Source of the DNA: Lachnospiraceae bacterium | Lineage (GTDB): Bacteria > Bacillota > Clostridia > Lachnospirales > Lachnospiraceae | Assembly (NCBI GenBank): GCA_030524705.1 | Contig: JAUNGD010000010.1 | Location: 9,345 to 73,344 of the forward strand | DNA length: 64,000 nucleotides | Direction: 5' to 3' | Notes under the pieces: model-generated | What the model saw: the letters and a program-made list of their open reading frames with translations, nothing else | What the model was told of the DNA's origin: nothing | Databases searched by the model: none | Program-made: the position numbers and the translations under genes | In this document: positions 9,909-18,914 of the stretch, piece after piece | Layout of the letters: every line of letters begins with the position of its first letter | How positions within the stretch are numbered: position 1 is the stretch's first letter

Positions 9909-10877
9909 GTGTCAAAAATTTTGGAAGTAAATCATCTGAAAAAATATTTTAATGTCTCGCAGGGAGTGCTTCATGCAGTGGATGACGTGTCCTTTTCCAT
10001 AGACAAAGGAGAAACCCTTGGTATTGTCGGGGAATCGGGCTGCGGGAAATCCACATTGGGACGTACCCTGCTGAACTTGATTGATGCTACGTCTGGAGAG
10101 GTACTGTTTAAGGGAGAAAATATTACGAATATTACGAAGGGGCCCCAATTTGTAGAACAGAGAAAAAAGATGCAGCTGATCTTTCAGGATCCGTTTGCAT
10201 CCCTTGATCCGAGAAAATGTGTGTTTGATGCAATTGCAGAGCCTCTCCGTGTACATAAAGTATATAGAAGCGCGGAAGAATTGAAAAAAGAAGTGAATAT
10301 TCTGATGGAAAAAGTCGGTCTGGCACAGCGCCTTACTTTTTCCTATCCGCATGAACTGGACGGAGGCCGAAGACAGCGTATCGGCATTGCACGTGCATTA
10401 GCACTTAAACCGGAGTTTATTGTCTGTGATGAGCCGGTATCTGCACTGGATGTTTCCATCCAGGCGCAGATTTTGAACCTGATGCAGGATCTGCAGGAGG
10501 AAATGGGGTTGACGTACGTGTTTATCACCCATGACCTAAGCGTTGTAAAGCATATTTCCAATGATATTATGGTCATGTACCTTGGCAAGGTTGTTGAAAA
10601 ATGTGAGGCAGATGAATTATTTGAAAAAACGCTGCACCCTTATAGCAAAGCCCTGTTAGCAGCGATTCCGATTCCTTCAGTAAAGAACAGAAAGAAACGG
10701 GAGCTTATCCGGGGAGAGGTATCATCTCCGATCAATCCGAAACCGGGATGTCGTTTTGCTCCGAGATGTCCGAGCGCGACTGAGACATGTTTTGAAAAAA
10801 CTCCGCGGCTGGAAGAGGTACTGCCTGGACATTTTGTTGCCTGTCATTACACCAGAGAAATTAATTATTTGGTTTAG
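9909..10877 (+). CDS. peptide ABC transporter ATP-binding protein (DppF/OppF-like)
   Basis: [33 protein letters not shown]. Confidence 0.95.
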   Translation: MSKILEVNHLKKYFNVSQGVLHAVDDVSFSIDKGETLGIVGESGCGKSTLGRTLLNLIDATSGEVLFKGENITNITKGPQFVEQRKKMQLIFQDPFASLDPRKCVFDAIAEPLRVHKVYRSAEELKKEVNILMEKVGLAQRLTFSYPHELDGGRRQRIGIARALALKPEFIVCDEPVSALDVSIQAQILNLMQDLQEEMGLTYVFITHDLSVVKHISNDIMVMYLGKVVEKCEADELFEKTLHPYSKALLAAIPIPSVKNRKKRELIRGEVSSPINPKPGCRFAPRCPSATETCFEKTPRLEEVLPGHFVACHYTREINYLV

Positions 10878-10897
10878 GGGGAATCGAGAATCGTATT

Positions 10898-12073
10898 ATG
10901 TATAATTTTGATGAAGTAATCAACAGGAAAAATACAAATTCTTCGAAGTGGGACAACGTTGGTGTACGGGTAGGGAATCCGGATGCGATCCCTATGTGGG
11001 TGGCTGATATGGATTTCCGTTGTCCCAGGGAAGTGGTGGAAGCAGTCGTAAAGAAAGCAGAATTTGGTATCTATGGATATCCGGTTGTTCCGGAAAAGTA
11101 CAGGACAGTGACGACTGGCTGGTTGAAGAAGCGGCATGGGTGGGGAGTGGATCCGAAGGATATTTTGTATACCTCCAGCGTGATCCCGGCAATGTTCTCT
11201 GTTGTTCAGGCCTTTACTGTCCCTGGTGATAAGGTGTTGCTGCAAAGACCAGTATATTATCCATTTTCTCATTCTATAGAGCAGCAGGATCGACAGGTAG
11301 CCAACAGTCCGCTTCGTCTGGTCAACGGAAAATACGAGATTGATTTTGAAACGCTGGAACAGTATGCAGCGGATCCGGCAGTAAAGCTGATGCTTTTGTG
11401 CAATCCGCATAATCCGGCAGGACGCGTGTTTACAAAGGATGAGTTGCAAAAAGTTGGAGAAATCTGCTGCAGAAATCATGTGCTGATTTTTAGCGATGAA
11501 ATACATTCAGATTTTATTTATGGAGACAACCGCCATATTCCGATCGCTTCTTTATCAGATGAGTTTGCTATGAATACAATTACAGCGATTGCACCGAGCA
11601 AGACGTTTAATCTGGCCGGTATGCGATCGGCCTCTCTGATCATTCATAATGAGAAGCTGCGCGTTGCAGTGGCGGATGTGCTGAACAGGAACCGCTCGGC
11701 ATTACCCTCTGTTATGGGAATTGAAGCGTACATTGCGGCTTACGAATATGGAGAAACGTATCTGGAAGAGCTCCTTAGTTATCTGCAAGGTAATATCCGC
11801 TTTCTTGACGGCTTTCTGAAAGAGCGTATGCCAAAGATAAAATTGATCTGGCCGGAGGGAACGTATCTGATGTGGCTGGATTGCAGGGAACTGAAAATGG
11901 ATAAAGAGCAGCTGGATGAGTTTTTTTTATGGAAAGCGGCCGTTGCATTGGATAAAGGTTTCTGGTTCGGCGAGAACGAAGGAAACGGATTTATGCGGAT
12001 GAATGTGGCATGTCCGCGAAAAACGCTGGAGAAAGCGCTGCTGCAGATAGAAAAGGAATATCTGAAGTTATAG
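10898..12073 (+). CDS. MalY/PatB family PLP-dependent cystathionine beta-lyase / C-S lyase
   Basis: KWD, PMWVADMDF, CNPHNPAGR, SDEIHSD, APSKTFNLAG, PEGTYLMWLD. Confidence 0.92.
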   Translation: MYNFDEVINRKNTNSSKWDNVGVRVGNPDAIPMWVADMDFRCPREVVEAVVKKAEFGIYGYPVVPEKYRTVTTGWLKKRHGWGVDPKDILYTSSVIPAMFSVVQAFTVPGDKVLLQRPVYYPFSHSIEQQDRQVANSPLRLVNGKYEIDFETLEQYAADPAVKLMLLCNPHNPAGRVFTKDELQKVGEICCRNHVLIFSDEIHSDFIYGDNRHIPIASLSDEFAMNTITAIAPSKTFNLAGMRSASLIIHNEKLRVAVADVLNRNRSALPSVMGIEAYIAAYEYGETYLEELLSYLQGNIRFLDGFLKERMPKIKLIWPEGTYLMWLDCRELKMDKEQLDEFFLWKAAVALDKGFWFGENEGNGFMRMNVACPRKTLEKALLQIEKEYLKL

Positions 12074-12112
12074 TAATCTGACGGCAAATGATATAAGAAG
12101 AGAATATTTTGT

Positions 12113-12802
12113 ATGGAGGATAAAATGGCAGTTGGGTGCAAAATTGTGAAGGATTTTAAGCGCCCGCCGGCAGCGCTGGTGGAGCGCTTCAGAGATATGC
12201 CAGTGGCAAATATTGACGACAATATGGGAAGGATTGCGGCTGTGGATGCAGCGGTCAGACCCATTGGCCGGGGGCAGCTTCTGGGAACTGCGTTTACTAT
12301 CCGTGTCCCGCAGGGAGACAATCTGATGTTTCATGCGGCAATGGATATGGCAAAGCCCGGGGATGTTATAGTGATAGATGCCAACGGATTTACAGAACGT
12401 GCAATTTTCGGTGAGCTGATGGCTTCCTACTGTAAAAAAAGGGGAATTAAGGGAATTGTCTGTGATGGAGCAGTGCGGGACCGCGGCGGGCTTGCCGCTA
12501 TGAAGGATTTTCCGGTATATGCCCGCGCTGTCACGCCCAATGGCCCATATAAAAATGGTCCGGGAGAAATCAACGTTCCGGTGGTGATCGGAGGCAAAGT
12601 AGTGCATCCCGGTGACATTATAGTAGGGGATGATGACGGTGTGGTTATTATTGATCCGGCAATTGCAGATGAAATCGCGGATGCTACCCTTGCAGTAGAG
12701 AAAAAAGAGGCAGATATTATGGAACATATCATGAAAGATGGGACATACATCCGGCCCTGGGTGGATGAAAAGCTGAAAGAGATTGGCTGCGAAATGATCT
12801 GA
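12113..12802 (+). CDS. RraA family / HMG-CHA aldolase-like protein (paralogue 4)
   Basis: VANIDDNM, GDNLMFH, FGE-X20-RD, GPYKNGPGEINVPV, PGDIIVGDDDGVV. Start could alternatively be ATG 12125 behind GGAGG. Confidence 0.9.
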   Translation: MEDKMAVGCKIVKDFKRPPAALVERFRDMPVANIDDNMGRIAAVDAAVRPIGRGQLLGTAFTIRVPQGDNLMFHAAMDMAKPGDVIVIDANGFTERAIFGELMASYCKKRGIKGIVCDGAVRDRGGLAAMKDFPVYARAVTPNGPYKNGPGEINVPVVIGGKVVHPGDIIVGDDDGVVIIDPAIADEIADATLAVEKKEADIMEHIMKDGTYIRPWVDEKLKEIGCEMI

Positions 12803-13000
12803 GCAAAATACGTGAAGTCTATGAAAAGTATTTCGGCGCCGCATTCTCTGTCAGATCCTGTGTAGAGGTGGAGCGGCTTCTCAAGGATGCTTTATTTAGA
12901 AACAGAAGTGATTGCAGTAAAATAAAAAGGATCATAGTTGTCCGTAGAAAAGGAATAAATGTGATAGTCTGGAAGATATCCGGCTATCACATTTATTTTC

Positions 13001-13029
13001 TTGAGATTTTTCTGATATTTGTATATGAT
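13001..13029 (+). promoter_or_regulatory. sigma-A-type promoter for rlmD
   Basis: TTGAGA-N17-TATGAT. Confidence 0.5.
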
Positions 13030-13102
13030 AGATGGAGTATTAAAGTATGTTGTTGCTTTACGCAGAAATTGCAGCAGAAGGCTGATAAGGGAGGAATATG
13101 TC

Positions 13103-14491
13103 TTGAAAAAAGGACAGATCTTGGAAGGAATTATAGAACGGGTGGATTTTCCGAATAAGGGAATTGTACGGACAGACGAGGGGAATGTAACGGTCAAAAA
13201 CGGTATACCCGGACAGAAAATCCGGTTCATGATAAATAAAAAGCGCGGAAACCGCGCGGAAGGACGCTTGCTTGAGGTGCTGGAACAATCGCCCCTGGAG
13301 ATCCGGGAGCCGCAGTGCAGCATTTTCCCGGCCTGCGGAGGCTGCATGTATCAGACGATGGCATATGAGGAGCAGCTTCGCATGAAGGAGGCCCAGGTCA
13401 GAAAGCTTCTGGATGAGGCGATCACGGCAGGCGGCCAGGTGGATGCTTTCGGGCAGCCAGACTATGTATTCGAAGGAATCCGGTGCAGCCCCCGGGAATT
13501 TGCATACCGCAACAAAATGGAATTTTCCTTCGGCGATGAATATAAGGATGGGCCTCTTTCACTGGGGCTGCATAAGAAGGGCAGTACATACGATGTTCTG
13601 ACGGCGGCTGACTGCCGGCTGGTACACCGGGACATGAATGTGATCCTGACCTGTGTCCTCGATTATTTCCGGGCGCTGGGTGTATCGTATTACCATAAAA
13701 TTTCCCATGAGGGATATTTGCGTCACTTGCTGCTGCGCCGTGCAGAGACCACCGGAGAGATCCTGGTCAACCTTGTGACGACCAGCCAGCGGGAGTACGA
13801 CCTGACGCCTCTCGTAGATAAGCTGAGGACTCTGCCGCTGGAAGGAAAAATAGTGGGTATCCTTCATATTATCAATGATTCATTGGCCGACGTGGTCAAA
13901 AGTGACGAGACGAGAGTCCTGTACGGCCAGGATTATTTCTATGAGACGATACTGGGCCTGCGCTTTAAGATTACACCCTTCTCTTTTTTCCAGACGAATT
14001 CTCTGGGAGCGGAGGTTTTGTACAATGCGGCCCGGGAATATATTGGCGATACAAAGGACATGACGGTTTTTGACCTCTACAGCGGCACGGGAACCATCGC
14101 TCAGATACTGGCCTCTGTCGCGAGAGAGGTGATCGGTGTCGAGATTGTGGAGGAGGCAGTGGAGGCTGCAAAAGAAAATGCGGCATTAAATGGACTGACG
14201 AACTGTGATTTTATTGCCGGAGACGTGCTGAAGGTGCTGGATACGATCACGGAAAAACCGGATTTCATTGTACTTGACCCGCCCCGGGATGGGATACATC
14301 CGAAAGCGCTTCCCAAAATTATTGATTACGGTGTGGACCGGCTTGTGTATATATCCTGTAAGCCGACGAGTCTGGCGAGGGATTTGGCGGTGTTTTTGGC
14401 GAACGGGTACCGGGTGGAGAAGGTTTGCTGCGTAGATATGTTTGCACAGGGAGTACACACAGAGACCGTCTGCCTTCTGAGCAGCCGATAA
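13103..14491 (+). CDS. rlmD: 23S rRNA (uracil-1939-C5)-methyltransferase
   Basis: TRAM N-terminus, C..F..CGGC Fe-S motif, YRNKMEF, SFFQTN, DLYSGTGTI, LDPPRDG, VYISC; TTG start behind GGGAGG. Confidence 0.93.
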   Translation: MKKGQILEGIIERVDFPNKGIVRTDEGNVTVKNGIPGQKIRFMINKKRGNRAEGRLLEVLEQSPLEIREPQCSIFPACGGCMYQTMAYEEQLRMKEAQVRKLLDEAITAGGQVDAFGQPDYVFEGIRCSPREFAYRNKMEFSFGDEYKDGPLSLGLHKKGSTYDVLTAADCRLVHRDMNVILTCVLDYFRALGVSYYHKISHEGYLRHLLLRRAETTGEILVNLVTTSQREYDLTPLVDKLRTLPLEGKIVGILHIINDSLADVVKSDETRVLYGQDYFYETILGLRFKITPFSFFQTNSLGAEVLYNAAREYIGDTKDMTVFDLYSGTGTIAQILASVAREVIGVEIVEEAVEAAKENAALNGLTNCDFIAGDVLKVLDTITEKPDFIVLDPPRDGIHPKALPKIIDYGVDRLVYISCKPTSLARDLAVFLANGYRVEKVCCVDMFAQGVHTETVCLLSSR

Positions 14492-14603
14492 TTCTGGAGC
14501 TTTTATTTTCTTGTGGATAAGTTGCGGTAAATAGATTATAATGTCGAAGTAGACGTTAGAAAATGTGAACTTGGAACACAGGGATTTTACCGCGGGAGAA
14601 TTT

Positions 14604-16013
14604 ATGTACAATTTACAATACACTTATTATGAACTGACATGGCTGTTTCTTATTTATTCACTGCTGGGCTGGTGTACAGGCGTTGTAGTGGCGGCGGTGA
14701 GGCGAAAAAAATTTATTAACACGGGAGTGCTGAATCTTCCGGTGTGTCCGGTATATGGAGTTTCGGCGGTCGCGTACACGGTTTTTTTGTCAGAGTTGAA
14801 GGAATATCCATTGTTCCTGTTTCTGGGCGGTATGGTACTGAGCGCTGTGCTGACAGTAATAACGGGTATCGTTCTGCAGCAGATTTTTCACCGGGAATGG
14901 TGGGATTACAGCAAATACCGTATCGGGTTTCACGGATACATAACAGTGCCGCTGCTGCTTTTTTTCGGAGCAGCCGCCATACTGGTCATTTGGGTCGGTA
15001 ATCCATTTCTGCTAAAGCTGATCCACCTGATTCCCCATAGTGTGGGCCGGATAAATCTGATCGTCATAATGGGGCTTTTGGGGCTGGATCTGCTCAGTGC
15101 TCTGGCGGCAGTGGGAAAATGGCGCAGGTATATAAAACGGATGTCCGGGATGACGGACAATATGCAGAAGGTATCCGCTACCTTTGGAAATGCGATCACG
15201 TCGGCAATCCAGAAACGGTTAGAGCGTTCTTATCCAAATCTTTCCACAGAAAAAATCTTACAGGATAAGAGTAAGAAACAGCCGGTGGAAAAGAAAAAAT
15301 TTGCGGAGGGCAGCGGATTTTACAAGCTGACATGGCTGTTTCTGATAGGTTCCTTTTTCGGTGATCTGGTGGAGACCGTATTCTGTCGGATCACCATGGG
15401 CTGGTGGATGAGCAGGAGCAGTGTTGTATATGGCCATTTCAGTATCGTGTGGGGATTTGCATGTGCACTCCTGACGGCGTTGATGTACAGATACCGGAAT
15501 AAGAGCGATCGTTATCTGTTCTTTTATGGTACGGTAGTAGGCGGTACTTATGAGTACGTCTGCAGTGTTCTGGCGGAAATTGTATTTGGAACAAAATTTT
15601 GGGATTATAGTAAGATTCCCTTCAATCTGGGAGGCCGGGTCAATCTTCTGTACTGTTTTTTCTGGGGGATTGTGGCGGTACTCTGGCTGAAAGGAATCTA
15701 TCCGGTGCTGTCCAGATGGATCGAGAAAATTCCAAAGAAGATAGGCCCGGTACTGACCTGGATACTGGTTGTGTTGATGACGATAAATATGGCGATATCT
15801 GCTTTGGCGCTGGATCGCTATTCGAAGCGCCAGAGAGGGATTGAAGCGGATAATTCCATAGAATTGATCCTGGATGAGCATTTTCCGGATGAACGGATGC
15901 TCCGTGTTTATCCGAAAGCTAAAATTGTAGATAAGAAGCCTAGGGAGGAAAAAAAGAAGCAGGATACTGCATCGCAGGAAAAAAATACAGAGAAAACAGT
16001 GGATGCAGAATGA
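14604..16013 (+). CDS. putative ABC transporter permease, CmpB-like (two repeated membrane domains)
   Basis: Two copies of WLFLI.S..G / WDYS...FN..G.I motifs; many hydrophobic segments. Confidence 0.7.
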   Translation: MYNLQYTYYELTWLFLIYSLLGWCTGVVVAAVRRKKFINTGVLNLPVCPVYGVSAVAYTVFLSELKEYPLFLFLGGMVLSAVLTVITGIVLQQIFHREWWDYSKYRIGFHGYITVPLLLFFGAAAILVIWVGNPFLLKLIHLIPHSVGRINLIVIMGLLGLDLLSALAAVGKWRRYIKRMSGMTDNMQKVSATFGNAITSAIQKRLERSYPNLSTEKILQDKSKKQPVEKKKFAEGSGFYKLTWLFLIGSFFGDLVETVFCRITMGWWMSRSSVVYGHFSIVWGFACALLTALMYRYRNKSDRYLFFYGTVVGGTYEYVCSVLAEIVFGTKFWDYSKIPFNLGGRVNLLYCFFWGIVAVLWLKGIYPVLSRWIEKIPKKIGPVLTWILVVLMTINMAISALALDRYSKRQRGIEADNSIELILDEHFPDERMLRVYPKAKIVDKKPREEKKKQDTASQEKNTEKTVDAE

Positions 16014-16023
16014 GGAGAATATC

Positions 16024-17127
16024 ATGAGGAAAAGAAATCTGAATGCAGATCTGATACGCTGTGTGGCTGTGTTTTCTGTTTTATCCGTACATTTTCTTTT
16101 GCGTACCGGATTTTATGGAGTGCCGGTGGAGGGGACGGGAATGCTCATTATGTGTATGTACCGTTCGCTGTTTATGGTATGTGTGCCGCTGTTTATGATT
16201 CTGACCGGGTATCTGATGTGGGAGAAAACATTGAGCCGCAGATATTATAAGGGGATCGCAAAAACACTGGAAATTTACGTGATGGCGAGCATTGTGTGTC
16301 TTCTGTTTAAAAAATATATGCTGGAGGAAACGGTGACGCTGAAAAGCTCGGTGCTGGGGATCCTCGATTTCGATGCGGCAAATTATGCATGGTACGTTGA
16401 GATGTATATAGGGCTGTTTCTGATAATTCCTTTTTTGAATCTGGCTTATCATGGCCTGAAGACACAAAAAGAAAAACGGATTTTGCTCCTTACAATGCTG
16501 TTTCTTACAATGCTGCCGAAGCTTGTAAATAATTTTGATCTGACAACGCCGGACTGGTGGCTGTCTCCTCCGGTATCGAAAGAATATGATCCTCTTGTAC
16601 CGGGCTTTTTTACGGCCATGTATCCGATTACATATTATTTTATCGGGGCTTATCTGAGGGAGTATGACTGGAAGATCAGCCGAAAGAAGAACGCATTGCT
16701 GTTGATTCTTGCTGTGGCGGTGTTTGGAACATATAATTATTACCGCAGCCACGGCGTTGATTTTATATGGGGCAGCAATTCAACCTGGGGAGGAGAAAAC
16801 CTGATCACGGCGGTGCTGCTGTTTACTCTGCTTCTGCATTTTCATCCGGATCGGTGGCCGAAGCCGGTACAGAAAATACTGATATATATTTCCGGAATAT
16901 CTTTTGGCGTTTATCTGCTTTCCTGGGTATCGGATCAGATTGTGTACAATGGTTATCTGAATCCTCTTGTAACGGAAGTAAAGATGCGCTGGAAATATTA
17001 TCCTGCTGCAGTGCCGGCATCTTTTCTGCTCTCTGTCTGCGGTGCGTCTGTACTATATTTTCTGCGCAGGATATGTGGAGGGATTTACCGGAAGCTAAGA
17101 GATAATTTGACAAAACGCCAGGAGTAG
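16024..17127 (+). CDS. acyltransferase-3 family membrane protein
   Basis: DLIRCVAVFSVLSVH, VPLFMILTGY, WYVEMY, SFGVYL; about 10 TM helices. Confidence 0.85.
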   Translation: MRKRNLNADLIRCVAVFSVLSVHFLLRTGFYGVPVEGTGMLIMCMYRSLFMVCVPLFMILTGYLMWEKTLSRRYYKGIAKTLEIYVMASIVCLLFKKYMLEETVTLKSSVLGILDFDAANYAWYVEMYIGLFLIIPFLNLAYHGLKTQKEKRILLLTMLFLTMLPKLVNNFDLTTPDWWLSPPVSKEYDPLVPGFFTAMYPITYYFIGAYLREYDWKISRKKNALLLILAVAVFGTYNYYRSHGVDFIWGSNSTWGGENLITAVLLFTLLLHFHPDRWPKPVQKILIYISGISFGVYLLSWVSDQIVYNGYLNPLVTEVKMRWKYYPAAVPASFLLSVCGASVLYFLRRICGGIYRKLRDNLTKRQE

Positions 17128-17180
17128 GTTATATTGGAATCGTTAAAACAGTATGATACATAAAAAAACAACGTAAAGAG

Positions 17181-18356
17181 GTGAGGTGTATTCGTAGTAT
17201 AAGTAAAAAGCTGATGATGTCGGTGGCCGTTCTTTTCTGTATATTGTGTATGGCCGGGACGATACAGGCATCTGCAGCGGGCACAAATGTAGTGACTTCG
17301 GCGAAAACGGTGACCGGAGGAAAATGGGTCGGGAAAAAGTATCGGCTTTCCAACGGGAGCTATGCAAAGAACACATGGCTGAAAATTGGCGGCAGCATTT
17401 ACCGTTTCAATTCCAAAGGCAATCGGATGACGGGGTGGATTACATATCAGAAAGAGAAGTATTATGCTGCTTCAAATGGCAAGGTTTATGTGAAAAAATG
17501 GCTGAAGAAAAATGGAAATTATTATTATTTTCTCAGTAACGGTAAAATGGCCAGGAGCAGGATGATCGCATCCGGAAAGAACTATTATTATGTAAATAAA
17601 TCGGGGGTCCGGGTGAAATCGGCTTGGATCACTTATAAAGGAAAACGATATTACTTCAATAAAAGTGGGGTACGTCTGCAGAATACTTGGCTGAAATATA
17701 ACGGTAAATATTATTACCTCGGCGCAGATGGAGCAAAAGTGGTAAAGCAGTGGGTCGGCGATTATTATGTCGATGCCAACGGAGCCCGCAAGACAAACTG
17801 TGTGGTAGACGGGTACTATCTGGGGGCCAACGGTAAAAAGACAGTAAAAAAATTTACCGGTAAATATATTTTTGTCGGAGATTCAAGAACCCTGGAAATG
17901 AAAAATGTGATCGCCCCTGAGGATACTTTGTATATAGCAAAGGTAGGAGCCGGGTATTCATGGCTGAAAAGTGACGCCGGGCCGTTATTGAAAAATTATT
18001 TGAACCTGAATCCGGATGTGAAGGTGGTGCTGGCATTCGGAGTAAATGATCTTGGTAACATTCAATCCTACATTACATATTACTCCAGTCTGATAAAGCA
18101 GTATCCAAAGACAAAATTTTATGTCTTATCTGTAAATCCTGTGGATGAAAAAAAGGAAGCTCAGAATGGATACAGTGTAAAGAATTCGCAGATTGCTGCT
18201 TTTGACAAGAAATTGAGCGCTGCCTTTGGTTCATCTGTTTATATCAATTCCTATAAGTATATTAAATCCCGGGGAGTTGAAACAAGAGACGGGTTGCATT
18301 ATGAGACGCAGGTATATATAGATCTGTACAATTTCATAATAGGTAAGATAGGATAA
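17181..18356 (+). CDS. secreted cell-wall-binding-repeat protein with a C-terminal SGNH/GDSL hydrolase domain
   Basis: Signal peptide; repeated W..(K)NG.YYYF...G choline/glucan-binding-type repeats; GDSR (block I), GVND (block III), DGLH (block V). Start codon uncertain. Confidence 0.8.
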   Translation: MRCIRSISKKLMMSVAVLFCILCMAGTIQASAAGTNVVTSAKTVTGGKWVGKKYRLSNGSYAKNTWLKIGGSIYRFNSKGNRMTGWITYQKEKYYAASNGKVYVKKWLKKNGNYYYFLSNGKMARSRMIASGKNYYYVNKSGVRVKSAWITYKGKRYYFNKSGVRLQNTWLKYNGKYYYLGADGAKVVKQWVGDYYVDANGARKTNCVVDGYYLGANGKKTVKKFTGKYIFVGDSRTLEMKNVIAPEDTLYIAKVGAGYSWLKSDAGPLLKNYLNLNPDVKVVLAFGVNDLGNIQSYITYYSSLIKQYPKTKFYVLSVNPVDEKKEAQNGYSVKNSQIAAFDKKLSAAFGSSVYINSYKYIKSRGVETRDGLHYETQVYIDLYNFIIGKIG

Positions 18357-18385
18357 AAAATGCTGTGGGGTTACCACAGCATTTT
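18357..18385. terminator. bidirectional intrinsic terminator between convergent genes
   Basis: AAAATGCTGTGG-GGTTA-CCACAGCATTTT; overlaps the stop codon of the XRE gene. Confidence 0.75.
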
Positions 18386-18718
18386 ATTTCGGCGCAGCTT
18401 TTTGAACAGAATATAATCCAGAACCTCTTGTTGGAAATCTGCCGGAAGAGGGTCTGCTTCTTTAAAAAGTTCTTTAGAGAAGGGCCCTGTACAGGTAACA
18501 GTGTCAATACCGCGGACCAGATAGTCCATAGATACCTGATACAGTTCTGCCAGAGCGATGAGGATATCGAGGGGCGGGGTACGACTGCCATTTTCATAGT
18601 TGCAGTATGTGGCCCGCTGGATTTTCAGCAAATGGCTGACTTTGTCCTGGGTATATCCGGCATCTGAACGCAGCTGGCGCAGGGTTGTGGTGAGTGTTTT
18701 GATTGTGGTATCTGTCAT
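18371..18718 (-). CDS. XRE-family helix-turn-helix transcriptional regulator
   Basis: LRQLR...GYTQDKVSHLLKIQRATYCNYENGSRTP...LAELYQVSMDYL; RBS GGAGG. Confidence 0.88.
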   Translation of the reverse strand: MTDTTIKTLTTTLRQLRSDAGYTQDKVSHLLKIQRATYCNYENGSRTPPLDILIALAELYQVSMDYLVRGIDTVTCTGPFSKELFKEADPLPADFQQEVLDYILFKKLRRNKMLW

Positions 18719-18914
18719 GATAGGCCTCCATGGATATTGTTTTTTGAAAAAAGATAATATACTTTATACAACGAGGACATTACTCTTTTCTATATTTATT
18801 AGTGTAGCATGGTTTGCCGGAGACCGACAGGGGAACTGCATATTGATTTTCGGAAACCTCTCTGTTAAACTGAAAAAAGAGTAAACAATCACAGAAACTA
18901 CGGAGGTGCAGAGT

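Noticed and set aside
12868-13158. 96-aa ORF upstream of and overlapping rlmD
   Set aside because: Spans an AT-rich promoter region, overlaps rlmD out of frame and has no RBS or motifs.
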